Of a stretch of 64,000 nt of DNA, positions 41,470 through 51,800 are shown one piece after another (position 1 is the first letter of the stretch; each line of letters begins with the position of its first letter). The DNA is from an uncultured delta proteobacterium (lineage in GTDB: Bacteria > Desulfobacterota > Desulfobacteria > Desulfobacterales > JAHEIW01): positions 192,001-256,000 of the forward strand of contig CAVPNL010000003.1 of NCBI GenBank assembly GCA_963706575.1, in the 5' to 3' direction. Under the pieces are notes generated by a model, which had not been told where the DNA came from, did not search any database, and saw only the letters and a list, made by a program, of their open reading frames with translations. The position numbers and the translations under genes are program-made.

Positions 41470-42231
41470 TTAGAAGGGCCAGACTGAATTCAGCAAATTA
41501 GCCAGCCAGCCCGGACGCTGCCGGTCATTGACGATACCGCTGCCGCTGTAGGCAATCTTTGCGTCGGAAACAAAGGTGGACAGAATAACGTTATCGTCAT
41601 TGATGTCTCGCGGCCGGATAACCCCGGATAGAATAATCATCTGGGTTTCATGGTTGACCAGCACCTCGCGGGATCCGACGATATAGAGATTACCGTTGGG
41701 CAATACCCGCGTAACCCGGCAGGTGATAAACGCACTGAGATCCCCGCTGCGCGATGTGCTCCCTGAACCATCAAAATCGGAGCTCATACTGCCTTTGACC
41801 GATGGATTTCCAAATGGGTCGGGTTTCGGCAGACTGCTGGGGATTTTATCTAAAACTTTGTCACGGTACCAATCTTCCGTACCGAAAAGGGTGTCAATAC
41901 CGGCTTCTAAACTGGAGGTCCGTCCGGTTTTGGTGTCGGCCGAATTTGTGGCCTTGGATGACTCGGAGATTTTGACGGTAACGATATCGCCCACTTGACG
42001 TGCTTTGGTGTCGATGAAAAAATCATTGAAGGAACTGCCAGCCGCATAGAGCGAACCCTGAAATTCCGGCTGCGCCAGGGGCTCCACTTTAATTTGCATC
42101 TCCTGTTTTACCGTCATTTTTTCGGCCACCGGCGGCAGGGTCTGTCGGGTGGCGGCGCAACCCGTCAGTCCGACGATCAAAATGGCAAACAGCGTGAATT
42201 TGATTAGATATGGGGGTCGTTTTAGCATCAT
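41470..42231 (-). CDS. flgH: Flagellar L-ring lipoprotein
   Basis: Lipobox LTGC; KARQVGDIVTV, VLPNGNL and PGWL...PF motifs. Confidence 0.96.
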   Translation of the reverse strand: MMLKRPPYLIKFTLFAILIVGLTGCAATRQTLPPVAEKMTVKQEMQIKVEPLAQPEFQGSLYAAGSSFNDFFIDTKARQVGDIVTVKISESSKATNSADTKTGRTSSLEAGIDTLFGTEDWYRDKVLDKIPSSLPKPDPFGNPSVKGSMSSDFDGSGSTSRSGDLSAFITCRVTRVLPNGNLYIVGSREVLVNHETQMIILSGVIRPRDINDDNVILSTFVSDAKIAYSGSGIVNDRQRPGWLANLLNSVWPF

Positions 42232-42255
42232 TGGTTTTCCTTATTGAATGGAGAA

Positions 42256-43272
42256 TTAAAAATCCACTTTAACCGTGTTTGAATCGATCACACGGGCATA
42301 CAGTATTTTTTTCGAGTCCATATTGACCACGGGAATTCGCTCACCCAATCGTCCCCTTTTCTTCACCTGTCCGAGGGTCGTAATCTTCAACCCATTGGCT
42401 TCAGCGATGATCACCACCAGATCACCCCGCTTTACCAATGGTGGCAGTTCAATGAGATCGGCGCGCAATGGCGTTTGGGCCCCCACCGCTCTGCGAGTGC
42501 GTTTGCCTAAAACCGCCCCGGGATCGGTAATGACACCGCCCGGCAGATCAGATAGATCCATGGTTTGCAACTCAATATCATCTTCGGTAATCGGTTTGTG
42601 TCTGCCAAGGGGTTTGCGCGTCACGACCACCGGACCCAGTATTTCTATCGTGGCGGTCGCCCAAACTTTTTTTTGTGACTGTCCGTTGACACTGAAATCG
42701 ACGGCAATGGAACATTTTCCCATCAACTCTTGGCTGCGCGCTGCGGCCACCTTGTAAGCCACGCGTCCTTTCGGCAGGATAACGCTCTGCGGAACCCGGA
42801 TCTCTTTGATCCGCACGGTTTTGTCGTCACGGGAGATATTGCGGAAAATAAAATCAGAGACAATTTGTTTTAAGTCCGCTTCCTCAATCTTGACGGCGCT
42901 ACGCTCCACTTCAACGATCTGAGGAACTTCCAAATTAACGGCGGACAGATCAACATGCTGCTGTTTCAGGCGCATCTCCAGGTAAGGTTGATCGTATTGG
43001 CGCGCTTTGCCCGGCAGCGGTGCTCTGCCAATGACAATGCCCTTTAACTGTTGAATCCAACGGGGATCGCTACCCTCGATTACGGCAATCTCACCCAGCA
43101 AAACTTCGTCACCGTCGATTTCAACCCGATCATGGACCCGGATGACGGCTGTGTGGGTCGCGCCTATTGCTGCCGGCCATGCCCAGAGAGATGCAGCTGT
43201 CAAAATAAAAACGAGTCCGGTGGAAAGATGCTTTCTTATTTTCGTTTTTAAACTATGCGTGTTCATTTTCAT
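42256..43272 (-). CDS. flgA: P-ring assembly chaperone
   Basis: SAF domain; LVKRGDLV...NMDSKK; between flgG and flgH. Confidence 0.9.
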   Translation of the reverse strand: MKMNTHSLKTKIRKHLSTGLVFILTAASLWAWPAAIGATHTAVIRVHDRVEIDGDEVLLGEIAVIEGSDPRWIQQLKGIVIGRAPLPGKARQYDQPYLEMRLKQQHVDLSAVNLEVPQIVEVERSAVKIEEADLKQIVSDFIFRNISRDDKTVRIKEIRVPQSVILPKGRVAYKVAAARSQELMGKCSIAVDFSVNGQSQKKVWATATIEILGPVVVTRKPLGRHKPITEDDIELQTMDLSDLPGGVITDPGAVLGKRTRRAVGAQTPLRADLIELPPLVKRGDLVVIIAEANGLKITTLGQVKKRGRLGERIPVVNMDSKKILYARVIDSNTVKVDF

Positions 43273-43275
43273 CCA

Positions 43276-44064
43276 TTATCGTTTAAGATTATTGGCCATC
43301 TGCAACATGTCATCGGCTGTCTGGATGACCTTGCTGTTGGTTTCATAAGCCCTTTGAGCGGTAATCATATTGACCATTTCATCGACAACGCTCACATTGG
43401 ACATTTCCAAAAATCCCTGGGCAATCGTGCCGAATCCGTCTTGACCGGGTGTGCCGATAATTTCATTTCCGGATCCCTCGGTGGGAACGAATAGGTTTCT
43501 ACCCAGACTTCTCAGGCCGCCGGGGTTTACAAAACGCGCCAGCTGAATCGTACCGATCTCGCTGGGGACGGGATCGTCGGCCTGGATGACGGATACGGTT
43601 CCATCCATCCCCACGGTAATCGAAACCGTGTCGGTCGGAATCGTTAATTGCGGCACCAGCAAAAAACCGTCCGCATTGACGATACGGCCATCGGCGTCCA
43701 GCTTGAATTCTCCGCAACGGCTGTAAGACGTTTCTCCGTTCGGTAATTCGATCTGGAAAAACCCATCGCCTTCAATGGCCCAGTCGAGCTCGTTCTCGGT
43801 ATTCTGAAAATCGCCCTGGGAAAACATTTTTTGCACCGCCGATGGCCGGGCGCCATGTCCCAGCTGCACACCGGTCGGAATCGTGGTATCGGCCGATGAG
43901 GCCGCACCGGCGGGTCGCAGGCTTTCGTATAGCAGATCCTGAAACTCCGCCCGGCTTTTTTTGAAACCGGAGGTGTTCACGTTTGCCAGATTGTTTGAAA
44001 TCACATCGATATTGAGCTCTTGAGCCTGCATACCGGTGGCTGAAGTCCACAAGCTGCGTATCAT
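43276..44064 (-). CDS. flgG: Distal rod protein
   Basis: [14 protein letters not shown] and [13 protein letters not shown] motifs. Confidence 0.97.
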   Translation of the reverse strand: MIRSLWTSATGMQAQELNIDVISNNLANVNTSGFKKSRAEFQDLLYESLRPAGAASSADTTIPTGVQLGHGARPSAVQKMFSQGDFQNTENELDWAIEGDGFFQIELPNGETSYSRCGEFKLDADGRIVNADGFLLVPQLTIPTDTVSITVGMDGTVSVIQADDPVPSEIGTIQLARFVNPGGLRSLGRNLFVPTEGSGNEIIGTPGQDGFGTIAQGFLEMSNVSVVDEMVNMITAQRAYETNSKVIQTADDMLQMANNLKR

Positions 44065-44077
44065 ATTGCCTCCTGCT

Positions 44078-44182
44078 AATTGACGGTTATTTGTTAATAG
44101 TTAATTGTTATTCGTTGTTTACCATTACTTTCAAATGCAACATTTTCCTGACCCAATCACCAATAACGAATAACCAATAACT
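44078..44182. repeat. Inverted tandem heptamer repeat (AATAACN family)
   Basis: GGTTATTTGTTAATAGTTAATTGTTATTCGTTG ... CCAATCACCAATAACGAATAACCAATAACT. Confidence 0.8.
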
Positions 44183-44187
44183 TCAGA

Positions 44188-44961
44188 CTAGGCCAAGCGA
44201 CCGACATCGTTAATCAGCTTGGCGTTGATATCATCGACGGAACGCATGATCTTCTGATAAGATTCATATCCGCGTAACACTTCGATCATCTCGGTCATCA
44301 TTCTGATCGTATCGACATTGGATAACTCCAGAAATCCCTGACTGACCATCAGGCCTTCATCGAGTTCCTCCAGCGACCTCGGTTTCAAGGCGCGATAATA
44401 GTTGTGACCCGCTTTTTCAAGAGCGTGCGATTGGGTAAAATCGACGACGCGCAGGCGGTCGACTTCAGATCCGTCAACAGTCACCGTGCCGTCTTCGGAT
44501 ATCGAAAATTCGCCTATATCACCGGATGGCTTCGTCAGCTTTATCCGAATCTCCCCACCCTTTCCCAACACCGGGAATCCTTCCTGGGTCACCAACACCT
44601 CGTCTGCGTTAACCGTGAAATCTCCGCGGCGCGTATACATGACGCCATCCGGCGTCCGCACACAGAAAAAGCCGTTGCCGGACAGCGCCAGGTCGAATGG
44701 CCGGCCGGTTTTTTTCAGCGCCCCGGCTGAAAAATCCGTGTATGTGCTATACTCCATCCAATATTCCGGGGCCTGGAGCTGACCCGATCGAAGGGGTAAA
44801 TTTTTGCTATCGGCCGCCGCCGCAAGGCTAAATTCTCGAAAACGACCCCTGTCTTTTTTAAAGCCAGCTGTATTCACATTGGCCAGATTATTGGAAAGAA
44901 GCTGCAATTGTTTTTCGTAGGCCAGGGCCCCGGTCGCAGCCATATAAATCGATCCGCTCAT
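44188..44961 (-). CDS. flgF: Proximal rod protein
   Basis: [19 protein letters not shown] and LELSNV motifs; precedes flgG. Confidence 0.92.
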   Translation of the reverse strand: MSGSIYMAATGALAYEKQLQLLSNNLANVNTAGFKKDRGRFREFSLAAAADSKNLPLRSGQLQAPEYWMEYSTYTDFSAGALKKTGRPFDLALSGNGFFCVRTPDGVMYTRRGDFTVNADEVLVTQEGFPVLGKGGEIRIKLTKPSGDIGEFSISEDGTVTVDGSEVDRLRVVDFTQSHALEKAGHNYYRALKPRSLEELDEGLMVSQGFLELSNVDTIRMMTEMIEVLRGYESYQKIMRSVDDINAKLINDVGRLA

Positions 44962-45071
44962 TCAAGTACTCCTTAACTTAAATCGCCTATATCATCATTC
45001 GTTAGGCCATGCGGCCTCCGGTAAATCCGTTGACGATAGAAAAGGCCGTTAATCAATCCATCGCTATCATT

Positions 45072-45087
45072 TGCAAGACACATACCA
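45072..45087 (-). promoter_or_regulatory. Sigma54 promoter of the flgF operon
   Basis: Minus strand TGGTATGTGTCTTGCA. Confidence 0.75.
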
Positions 45088-45381
45088 ACAAAGACTTTTA
45101 TTTCTATTGAAACCATGCCGCCCAAAAAAAACGGACGCCGATGGCCATTCAGGATAATTATTTAACAATATCAGTATATTATAAAATCCTTAATGGCTCG
45201 GCCTCAGGAGCCTCAAAATCGACATCCGCACCCATTTAAATTTTTCCCATTCATTCAATCGAATGGGGTATTTTTTGCCGATTCGATCCGGATTTACCTA
45301 GTGTCATCTCCCACAGGCAATTTTCAAAATACGGCTTTCTTTTGGGGGATGGAACGGGGGGGATTACACCGCCAGAATGGG

Positions 45382-45909
45382 TCATTCTTGAGGATTGTCT
45401 TTAACTTTGGCCGATTCGATGCTCAGACGCTTGAGCTTTAAAACCAGATCGACCTCACCCCGGGGAAGGTTTAATTCTTCAGCAATATCAGTCATACTCA
45501 AACCCTGATCGGACAGGCTTTCAATTTCACTGTAGATCGCATCGGCAGCGTCCGGTTCCGGCGCCTCGGTGCCGGAAATCGGTTCAAGCCGCTTAGCTGG
45601 TATGGACTTTAACAAACCGGGAGCAAGCTGGCCTTCTCGCAGCTCAAAATAAGCATCCAGTGTTTGACGTTCTTTATCAATGGTTTCCAGGATATGATTA
45701 AACGCCAGTTCGGTTTGCTGCCGAACGGCTTCAACGACAAATTCGGAATTAAACTTTTGTGATTCTTGACCGGAAGGCGCATTTGAATTCAGCCGCTTTA
45801 ATTTCATGTGGTTTCGAATCAGAAACAACAAAATCAAAGCGCACAGCCCGATTTGAGTTGCATCAATCGTAATTTCCAAAAAATTAAGTGTGTGCAATGC
45901 CATTTCCAC
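45382..45909 (-). CDS. Membrane-anchored protein with a C-terminal HTH-like domain (DUF2802-like)
   Basis: N-terminal TM helix; GLSMTDIAEELNLPRGEVDLVL. Confidence 0.75.
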   Translation of the reverse strand: MEMALHTLNFLEITIDATQIGLCALILLFLIRNHMKLKRLNSNAPSGQESQKFNSEFVVEAVRQQTELAFNHILETIDKERQTLDAYFELREGQLAPGLLKSIPAKRLEPISGTEAPEPDAADAIYSEIESLSDQGLSMTDIAEELNLPRGEVDLVLKLKRLSIESAKVKDNPQE

Positions 45910-45957
45910 TCCCTGAATATTTTGTTTTCGGTCTTGAACCAGTTTCTATTTGGTGAT

Positions 45958-46103
45958 TAGAAGTGGTTTCAAAATCACAGATCAGGTTCAAGGGCAAGGC
46001 GTGGCGTGCATTGGAAGCGGAGCGTACACGTAGTACTCGAGCATTTCGATGCACGGGACAACGCAGCCATTGGGCCTTAGATGGGGTTTTGAATCCACTT
46101 CTA
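45958..46103. mobile_element. MITE-like non-autonomous element
   Basis: 17-bp terminal inverted repeats TAGAAGTGGTTTCAAAA / TTTTGAATCCACTTCTA (1 mismatch). Confidence 0.7.
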
Positions 46104-46394
46104 GACATGGACATCGATGACTTTCTGTTCAGAATTGTCTTGTGTTTCTTCGGCATCGGTTGAGGTTGAAGACTCAGTAAATTTTTGGGCGTGGCGCTTA
46201 TTGGTTTTACCCCGAATATCGACCTTGTCCAGTTTCTTTTTTTTCTTCTTCCTTTTGTCTTCTTGATCTTCCTCATCAAAAAATTTTTCAAAAGGCGGCC
46301 TTTCCTCTTCGCGCTTTTTGCGATTGACCCTTTGGACTCGGCCCGAAGCCGACACCGGCGGCATTCCTTTCGGAAAATTAATGTCGTCAACCAT
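46101..46394 (-). CDS. Small charged hypothetical protein downstream of fliA
   Basis: GAGGA RBS; Lys/Glu-rich; C-terminal IDVHV. Confidence 0.65.
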   Translation of the reverse strand: MVDDINFPKGMPPVSASGRVQRVNRKKREEERPPFEKFFDEEDQEDKRKKKKKKLDKVDIRGKTNKRHAQKFTESSTSTDAEETQDNSEQKVIDVHV

Positions 46395-46556
46395 AATTCT
46401 GTCCTCTAATTGTCGGTTTTATCCCACTCTTTCCACCCTCCCACTTCCGAACCCGGACACTCAGTATTCACAATTCAGTGATCGACATTTGGTATTGATT
46501 CACCACAAATGGTGCTTAACACCTAACTCTCATGATTCAGAACCGAAGATCACCAT

Positions 46557-47312
46557 CTAACCTTCCAGCAATTTTTGTTTCCGCAATTTAGTCCGCAAAT
46601 GCAATATGGCCTGGGAATGAATCTGCGACACCCGTGATTCGGTAATTCCGAGTACTTTACCCGTTTCTTTCATCGTCAACTCATCCAGATAGTACAGCGA
46701 AATCACAAGGCGTTCCTTTTCAGGCAGTTGTTTGATTGCCCGGGCCATGGCTTCCTTTAATTCCTTTAATTTTGTCATGTTGAGGGCATCGTCTTCATTA
46801 TTAACCAGATAACTCAGTAGCTTTTCTTTTTCATCTCTGGAGGATACCCCCAACTCTTCGAGACTGATGAAAGAGATGCTCGACATTTGCTTGGTGCGAT
46901 AAACCTGCTCCAGATCAACTCCCAATTCCCGGGCGATCTCCTGGTCGTCCGCCTCACGACCCAACTTCTGTTCCAGTCGCAGGTAAGCAGATTCCAATTC
47001 CCTTATTTTCCGTCGATTGGACCTTGAGAGGAAATCCCGGGCCCGCAACTCGCTGAGCACCGCCCCTTTGATCCGAAAGATCGCATAGGTCATAAATTTA
47101 TTGTCCCGCCTGGGATCGTAACGATCCACAGCCTGAATCAGCCCGATAACCCCAACATTCATCAGATCATCGATATCCACGGTTGACGGAAGATGAACCG
47201 CCAGTCTTTGAACGATGCGTTTTACATAAGGCAAATATTCGGTAATTAACTGGTCGCGGTACGCTGGGTCTTTGGGAATGAGTTTTTTTGTTCGTGTCTG
47301 TGCCAGTGCCAT
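46557..47312 (-). CDS. fliA: RNA polymerase sigma28
   Basis: FMTYAIFRIKGAVLSELR and TESRVSQIH motifs. Confidence 0.95.
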   Translation of the reverse strand: MALAQTRTKKLIPKDPAYRDQLITEYLPYVKRIVQRLAVHLPSTVDIDDLMNVGVIGLIQAVDRYDPRRDNKFMTYAIFRIKGAVLSELRARDFLSRSNRRKIRELESAYLRLEQKLGREADDQEIARELGVDLEQVYRTKQMSSISFISLEELGVSSRDEKEKLLSYLVNNEDDALNMTKLKELKEAMARAIKQLPEKERLVISLYYLDELTMKETGKVLGITESRVSQIHSQAILHLRTKLRKQKLLEG

Positions 47313-47330
47313 AGAATTTTATCTCTCCAA

Positions 47331-48233
47331 TTACGAAAAATTATTTTCAATCAAATGGTGCCAGAAAAAATTGGAATCGTCTGCGGGCACATTTTCCGGA
47401 GGTTGGGTGGAAATTTTCCGGGCTAAATTTTCAAAGCATTTGCTGGCGCGCGAATCCGGATAAAGATTACTGACTAGTTTCTGCTGTTTGACGCCCTGAG
47501 TCACCTTGGCATCAAAAAGCACACTTCCTATATAATCGACGGTCATATCCAAAAATCTATCTGCAACCAGATTCAGCTGCCTGAACACCTCTCTTCCCTG
47601 CTGAGCCGTGCCGGCCAAATTGACGATGACTTTGCAACTTTTCTCCGCATACTTCAGGGACAGCACTTTCATTAATGCATAGGCATCGGTAATGGCGGTG
47701 GGCTCGGGTGAAACCACCACGATGATTTCCTGGGCAGTCACGCTAAAGTCCATTACATTTGAAGAAATACCAGCAGCCGTGTCGATGAGCAATAAGTCGA
47801 CCGAATCAATCATGCCGTCCAGTTCGCTTAGAATTCGAACTTTTTGTTGCGAGGTCAGCTGGGTCAACTCTTGAATGCCCGAAGAAGCCGGAAGAATGAG
47901 CATATCGCCCGGTCCTTCAACAATAATGTCGCTGACTGATTTTTCGCCCATGATGACATGCGATAAGTTATATTTCGGTGCCAGACCCAGCAAAACATCA
48001 AGGTTGCCCAAACCCAAATCTGCGTCCAGGATAAGCACTTTTTTACCCATCCTGGCAAACGTATAGCCTAAATTGGCCACAATATTGGTTTTACCGACAC
48101 CGCCTTTACCGCTGGTCACTGCAATCACCCGGGCAGGTATTTCGCGTTTGGATCGGGCCGCACAACCGGTTTTACGAACTTTCCTCCGGTCTGATAGATG
48201 GATGACGTTATCCGAGAGATTATTTGGCTTCAT
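47331..48233 (-). CDS. flhG: MinD-like flagellar number regulator
   Basis: SGKGGVGKT, DADLGLGN and EPTAITDAY motifs. Confidence 0.93.
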   Translation of the reverse strand: MKPNNLSDNVIHLSDRRKVRKTGCAARSKREIPARVIAVTSGKGGVGKTNIVANLGYTFARMGKKVLILDADLGLGNLDVLLGLAPKYNLSHVIMGEKSVSDIIVEGPGDMLILPASSGIQELTQLTSQQKVRILSELDGMIDSVDLLLIDTAAGISSNVMDFSVTAQEIIVVVSPEPTAITDAYALMKVLSLKYAEKSCKVIVNLAGTAQQGREVFRQLNLVADRFLDMTVDYIGSVLFDAKVTQGVKQQKLVSNLYPDSRASKCFENLARKISTQPPENVPADDSNFFWHHLIENNFS

Positions 48234-48270
48234 GAATTTTCAGATTCCTTTCGCAACCCATCCCTTACGA

Positions 48271-49701
48271 TTAGTTTGTAATCCGCAATTTATCGCTCGC
48301 GGATAATCCAGTTTGAAAGTGGCGGCTGCGGGACGGCCGACAATCTTGACAGGGCATAAAATGCTCCCCTTCAGCTGCCTGTACACTTGAAAAGGTGATC
48401 ATGTTTTTCGATTTTATTTTTTGGGTCCATTTGCATTCGGGATGATGAAACACATCTGAATTTTTGTTGGCGACAAAAGTGCGCGCCGCTATACGGTCCG
48501 GCGCCTCTTGGGGGGATTGATCGGGTCTCCCCGAAGCTAAAACTGTTTTACGATTCTTGAAGGTGCCCAGCAGGCGCTCGACAATTTTATCCATGGATCC
48601 GGTTTCGATGGCATTCGGGACCTCACGGCCATTTGTCACAAAAGACAGGGGCAATGGATGGCGGATCAGCACATTGATTAAATTTCCATAGGTGCAGCTT
48701 TCATCAAGCTTGGTGAAAATTAAATGCTGAACATCAATGATATTCAGGCATCTGAGCGTATTGATCAGATCGCTTTCTTTGGATGTCGCCGATAAAGCCA
48801 GGTGAATTTCAATGGCGTCAATGCGATCTAAACATGCCTTGATATCATCGATTTGATCCTGATTTTTAGGATTGAATCCGGATGTATCCACTAGCACGAT
48901 GTCAAACTTCCGCAACGCATTAACAGCCGCCTGAAAAGCAGCCGGCGTGGCCGCAGCTTTAACGGGAACCCCGATTGCTTGGGCATATACCTTCAGATCC
49001 CCGATGCCCCCGACGCGGTCGGAATCCAGTGAAATGAGCGCAACCTTTTTGTGGTGTTCAATGACATACCGGGCAGCCAGCTTTGCAACCGTAGTTGTTT
49101 TTCCGACGCCGGTGGGCCCCACAACCGCTAACATCTTACAACCGGACGCTGTGCGAAGCGGCGCTCCGGCTTCGTTTCTCTTTTGTTTCAGTATATTCGA
49201 AATGCTTGAAATGACCTGGCCGGTGGTATCAAAGCGGGCGTCCGAATGAACGGCTTTTAAGGCGTCAATGATATCATTGGCAATATCCCGTTTAACTTCC
49301 TGAGACAGCAACTGTTGAAAAATATCCGCAATAAAATCATCGTTGCCAGATCCGGTCGTGTTTGCAGGCTGATGGGGCCACTTGCGACCATAGAGGGTTT
49401 TAATTCGACTGCCGACCGATTGCCGAGAATTTCGCTTTGGAGGGGGGCGAAGACTGCGGGTAGCATTGTGGCGGTAACTATTCAAAGCACTGGTGGTTAA
49501 TGCCGGCTTTATTTCAGCCGGGAGATGATAACCATCAACCGCAGCGGTAACCTCAACGCCCACAGATTTTACCCGGCCGATAATTTTATTCTCTTTTTTG
49601 AGGCTGCGTGCCGATAGAATTACGGCGTCTGAACCCAGCTCTGTTTTGATCAACCGCAGGGCAGTCCTCATATCTTTGGCTTCAAAGCGTTTAATCTGCA
49701 T
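48271..49701 (-). CDS. flhF: SRP-type GTPase FlhF with a C-terminal Ada-like metal-binding domain
   Basis: [14 protein letters not shown] and TKLDE motifs; tail FVANKNSDVFHHPEC...PCQDCRP. Confidence 0.93.
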   Translation of the reverse strand: MQIKRFEAKDMRTALRLIKTELGSDAVILSARSLKKENKIIGRVKSVGVEVTAAVDGYHLPAEIKPALTTSALNSYRHNATRSLRPPPKRNSRQSVGSRIKTLYGRKWPHQPANTTGSGNDDFIADIFQQLLSQEVKRDIANDIIDALKAVHSDARFDTTGQVISSISNILKQKRNEAGAPLRTASGCKMLAVVGPTGVGKTTTVAKLAARYVIEHHKKVALISLDSDRVGGIGDLKVYAQAIGVPVKAAATPAAFQAAVNALRKFDIVLVDTSGFNPKNQDQIDDIKACLDRIDAIEIHLALSATSKESDLINTLRCLNIIDVQHLIFTKLDESCTYGNLINVLIRHPLPLSFVTNGREVPNAIETGSMDKIVERLLGTFKNRKTVLASGRPDQSPQEAPDRIAARTFVANKNSDVFHHPECKWTQKIKSKNMITFSSVQAAEGEHFMPCQDCRPSRSRHFQTGLSASDKLRITN

Positions 49702-51787
49702 GGTTAAGCTCCAGCATGTCTAAAGATTGGATTTCAACTTTACTTAGAATTTCATCATATGACAGCACAACGATATGGGGCATAAACCGATCGATCAGCC
49801 GTTTAACGTGATACCGGATCTGGGCGGAACACATCACCACCGGCTGGTAATTCAAGGAAGACATTTTTTCAAAACTGGCGGCCAGATTGTTCATCATCTG
49901 TTGCGCAACGGACGGATCCAGCGACAAAAAGCTTCCATGATCGGTTTGCTGCAAAGCGCCGGATATCGTGGATTCCAGGTTGTGTCCCAGCGTAATGGCG
50001 GCAATATGACCTTCAGGGGTCAGGTGCATTTTGGTGATGGTTCGCGCCAGGGCATGGCGCACATGTTCAGCTAAAATATCCAGATCCTTGGTGGCCGGCG
50101 ACCAGTCCGCCAGGGTTTCCAGTATCGTCAGCAGATCGCGAATGGGAACCTGCTCCCGCAGAAGGTTTTGCAAAACCTGAACGACACCGCCTAATGGTAA
50201 TAGATTGGGGACCAGCTCTTCGACGACTTTCGGATGGGTTTCTTTTACAGTGTCCAATAATTGCTGTACATCCTGTCTGCCAAGCAACTCGTGGCTGTGC
50301 CGTTTTATGATTTCAGAAAGGTGTGTCGTCAACACCGTTGCCAGATCCACCACGGTAAACCCCTTGGCCAGCGCGCTTTCTTTGACTTCTTCCTTTATCC
50401 ACAGGGCCGGTAGTCCGTAGGTGGGTTCCCGGGTGGTAATACCGTCTATTTTTTCATCGGTGGCGTTCGGGTTCATGGCCAGATAATAGTTGGCCATCAA
50501 CTCCCCTTTGGCGATTTCATTGCCCTTGAGCAAAATAGTGTACGCACCGGGTTTTAACTGCATATTGTCCTGAATATGGACTGGTGCGACAATGATCCCC
50601 AGTTCGCTCGCAATTTGCCGGCGCAACGATTTTATTCGATCCAGCAACTGTCCGCCCTGCTCGATGTCAACCAGGGGAATGAGCCCGTAACCCACTTCAA
50701 TCGCCAGCGTATCCAGTGGCGGCAGGACATCAAACTGGCCTGTGGTTATGGCTTTTTCTTCCAGCACTTTCGACTCTTCTTCGATCCTGGCGGATTCCTT
50801 TTGAGACCGAAAAATAACGTATGCCAGCCCGCCTGTTACCGCGGATAAAATCATAAAGGGAATGGTCGGCAGTCCGGGCACCAGACCAAAGCCGAAAAGA
50901 ACCCCTGAAGCAACTGCAATGGCTTTGGGTTGTAAGAGTATTTGAGAGGCAATTTCGTCTCCAAGGCTTGAATCCGCTCCAGCGCGTGTAACAATTACAC
51001 CGGCAGCGGTCGATACGATCAGGGCCGGCACCTGGCTTACCAGGCCATCACCAACGGTCAGCAAGGTGTAATTCTGAGCCGCATTGGCAAAACTCATGTC
51101 TTTTTGAAAAACACCGATGGCAAGCCCGCCGATAATGTTAATCAGGGTAATGACAATTCCGGCAATCGCATCGCCCCTTACGAATTTGTTGGCACCGTCC
51201 ATCGCGCCGTAATACTCGGCTTCCTTGGCAATTAATTCCCGTCGTTCGCGGGCTTCCTGTTCAGTGATCAAACCGGCATTCAGATCAGCGTCAATGCTCA
51301 TCTGCTTGCCGGGCATGGCGTCCAGTGTAAAGCGGGCTGCCACTTCGGCAATTCGACCGGCACCTTTGGTAATTACCAGAAAATTAATGGTCACCAGAAT
51401 TAAAAAAACGATGATCCCCACCAGATAATTGCCGCCGACCACAAAACCGCCGAAAGCCTTGATGACTTTACCGGCGGCCAGAGTGCCTTCGTTGCCGTGC
51501 AGCAAAATAATGCGGGTGGAGGCGACGTTGAGTGCTAACCGAAACAAGGTGATCAGCAGCAGAATTGAAGGAAATGCCGACATCTCCAACGGGTGCTGGA
51601 CATACATGCTGGCTAAAATAATGATCAGCGAAAAGGTAATGCTGAAAGACAACAGTAAGTCCAGCAGCAGAGTTGGCAGTGGCATCACCATAAATGCCAT
51701 AATGCAGATCACTGCCACAGCCATTAAAACGTCACTGTTTTTGGCAACAAATGGAATTTGTCCGGTAAGTTGGTTCTGATTTGCCAA
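49691..51787 (-). CDS. flhA: Flagellar export gate FlhA
   Basis: FHIPEP motif RIAEVAARFTLDAMPGKQMSIDADL. Confidence 0.98.
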   Translation of the reverse strand: MANQNQLTGQIPFVAKNSDVLMAVAVICIMAFMVMPLPTLLLDLLLSFSITFSLIIILASMYVQHPLEMSAFPSILLLITLFRLALNVASTRIILLHGNEGTLAAGKVIKAFGGFVVGGNYLVGIIVFLILVTINFLVITKGAGRIAEVAARFTLDAMPGKQMSIDADLNAGLITEQEARERRELIAKEAEYYGAMDGANKFVRGDAIAGIVITLINIIGGLAIGVFQKDMSFANAAQNYTLLTVGDGLVSQVPALIVSTAAGVIVTRAGADSSLGDEIASQILLQPKAIAVASGVLFGFGLVPGLPTIPFMILSAVTGGLAYVIFRSQKESARIEEESKVLEEKAITTGQFDVLPPLDTLAIEVGYGLIPLVDIEQGGQLLDRIKSLRRQIASELGIIVAPVHIQDNMQLKPGAYTILLKGNEIAKGELMANYYLAMNPNATDEKIDGITTREPTYGLPALWIKEEVKESALAKGFTVVDLATVLTTHLSEIIKRHSHELLGRQDVQQLLDTVKETHPKVVEELVPNLLPLGGVVQVLQNLLREQVPIRDLLTILETLADWSPATKDLDILAEHVRHALARTITKMHLTPEGHIAAITLGHNLESTISGALQQTDHGSFLSLDPSVAQQMMNNLAASFEKMSSLNYQPVVMCSAQIRYHVKRLIDRFMPHIVVLSYDEILSKVEIQSLDMLELNHAD

Positions 51788-51800
51788 TTTTATTTCCTTG

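Noticed and set aside
45884..46390. 168-aa ORF overlapping the 46101-46394 gene
   Set aside because: Alternative frame running through the MITE; the 97-aa ORF has the RBS
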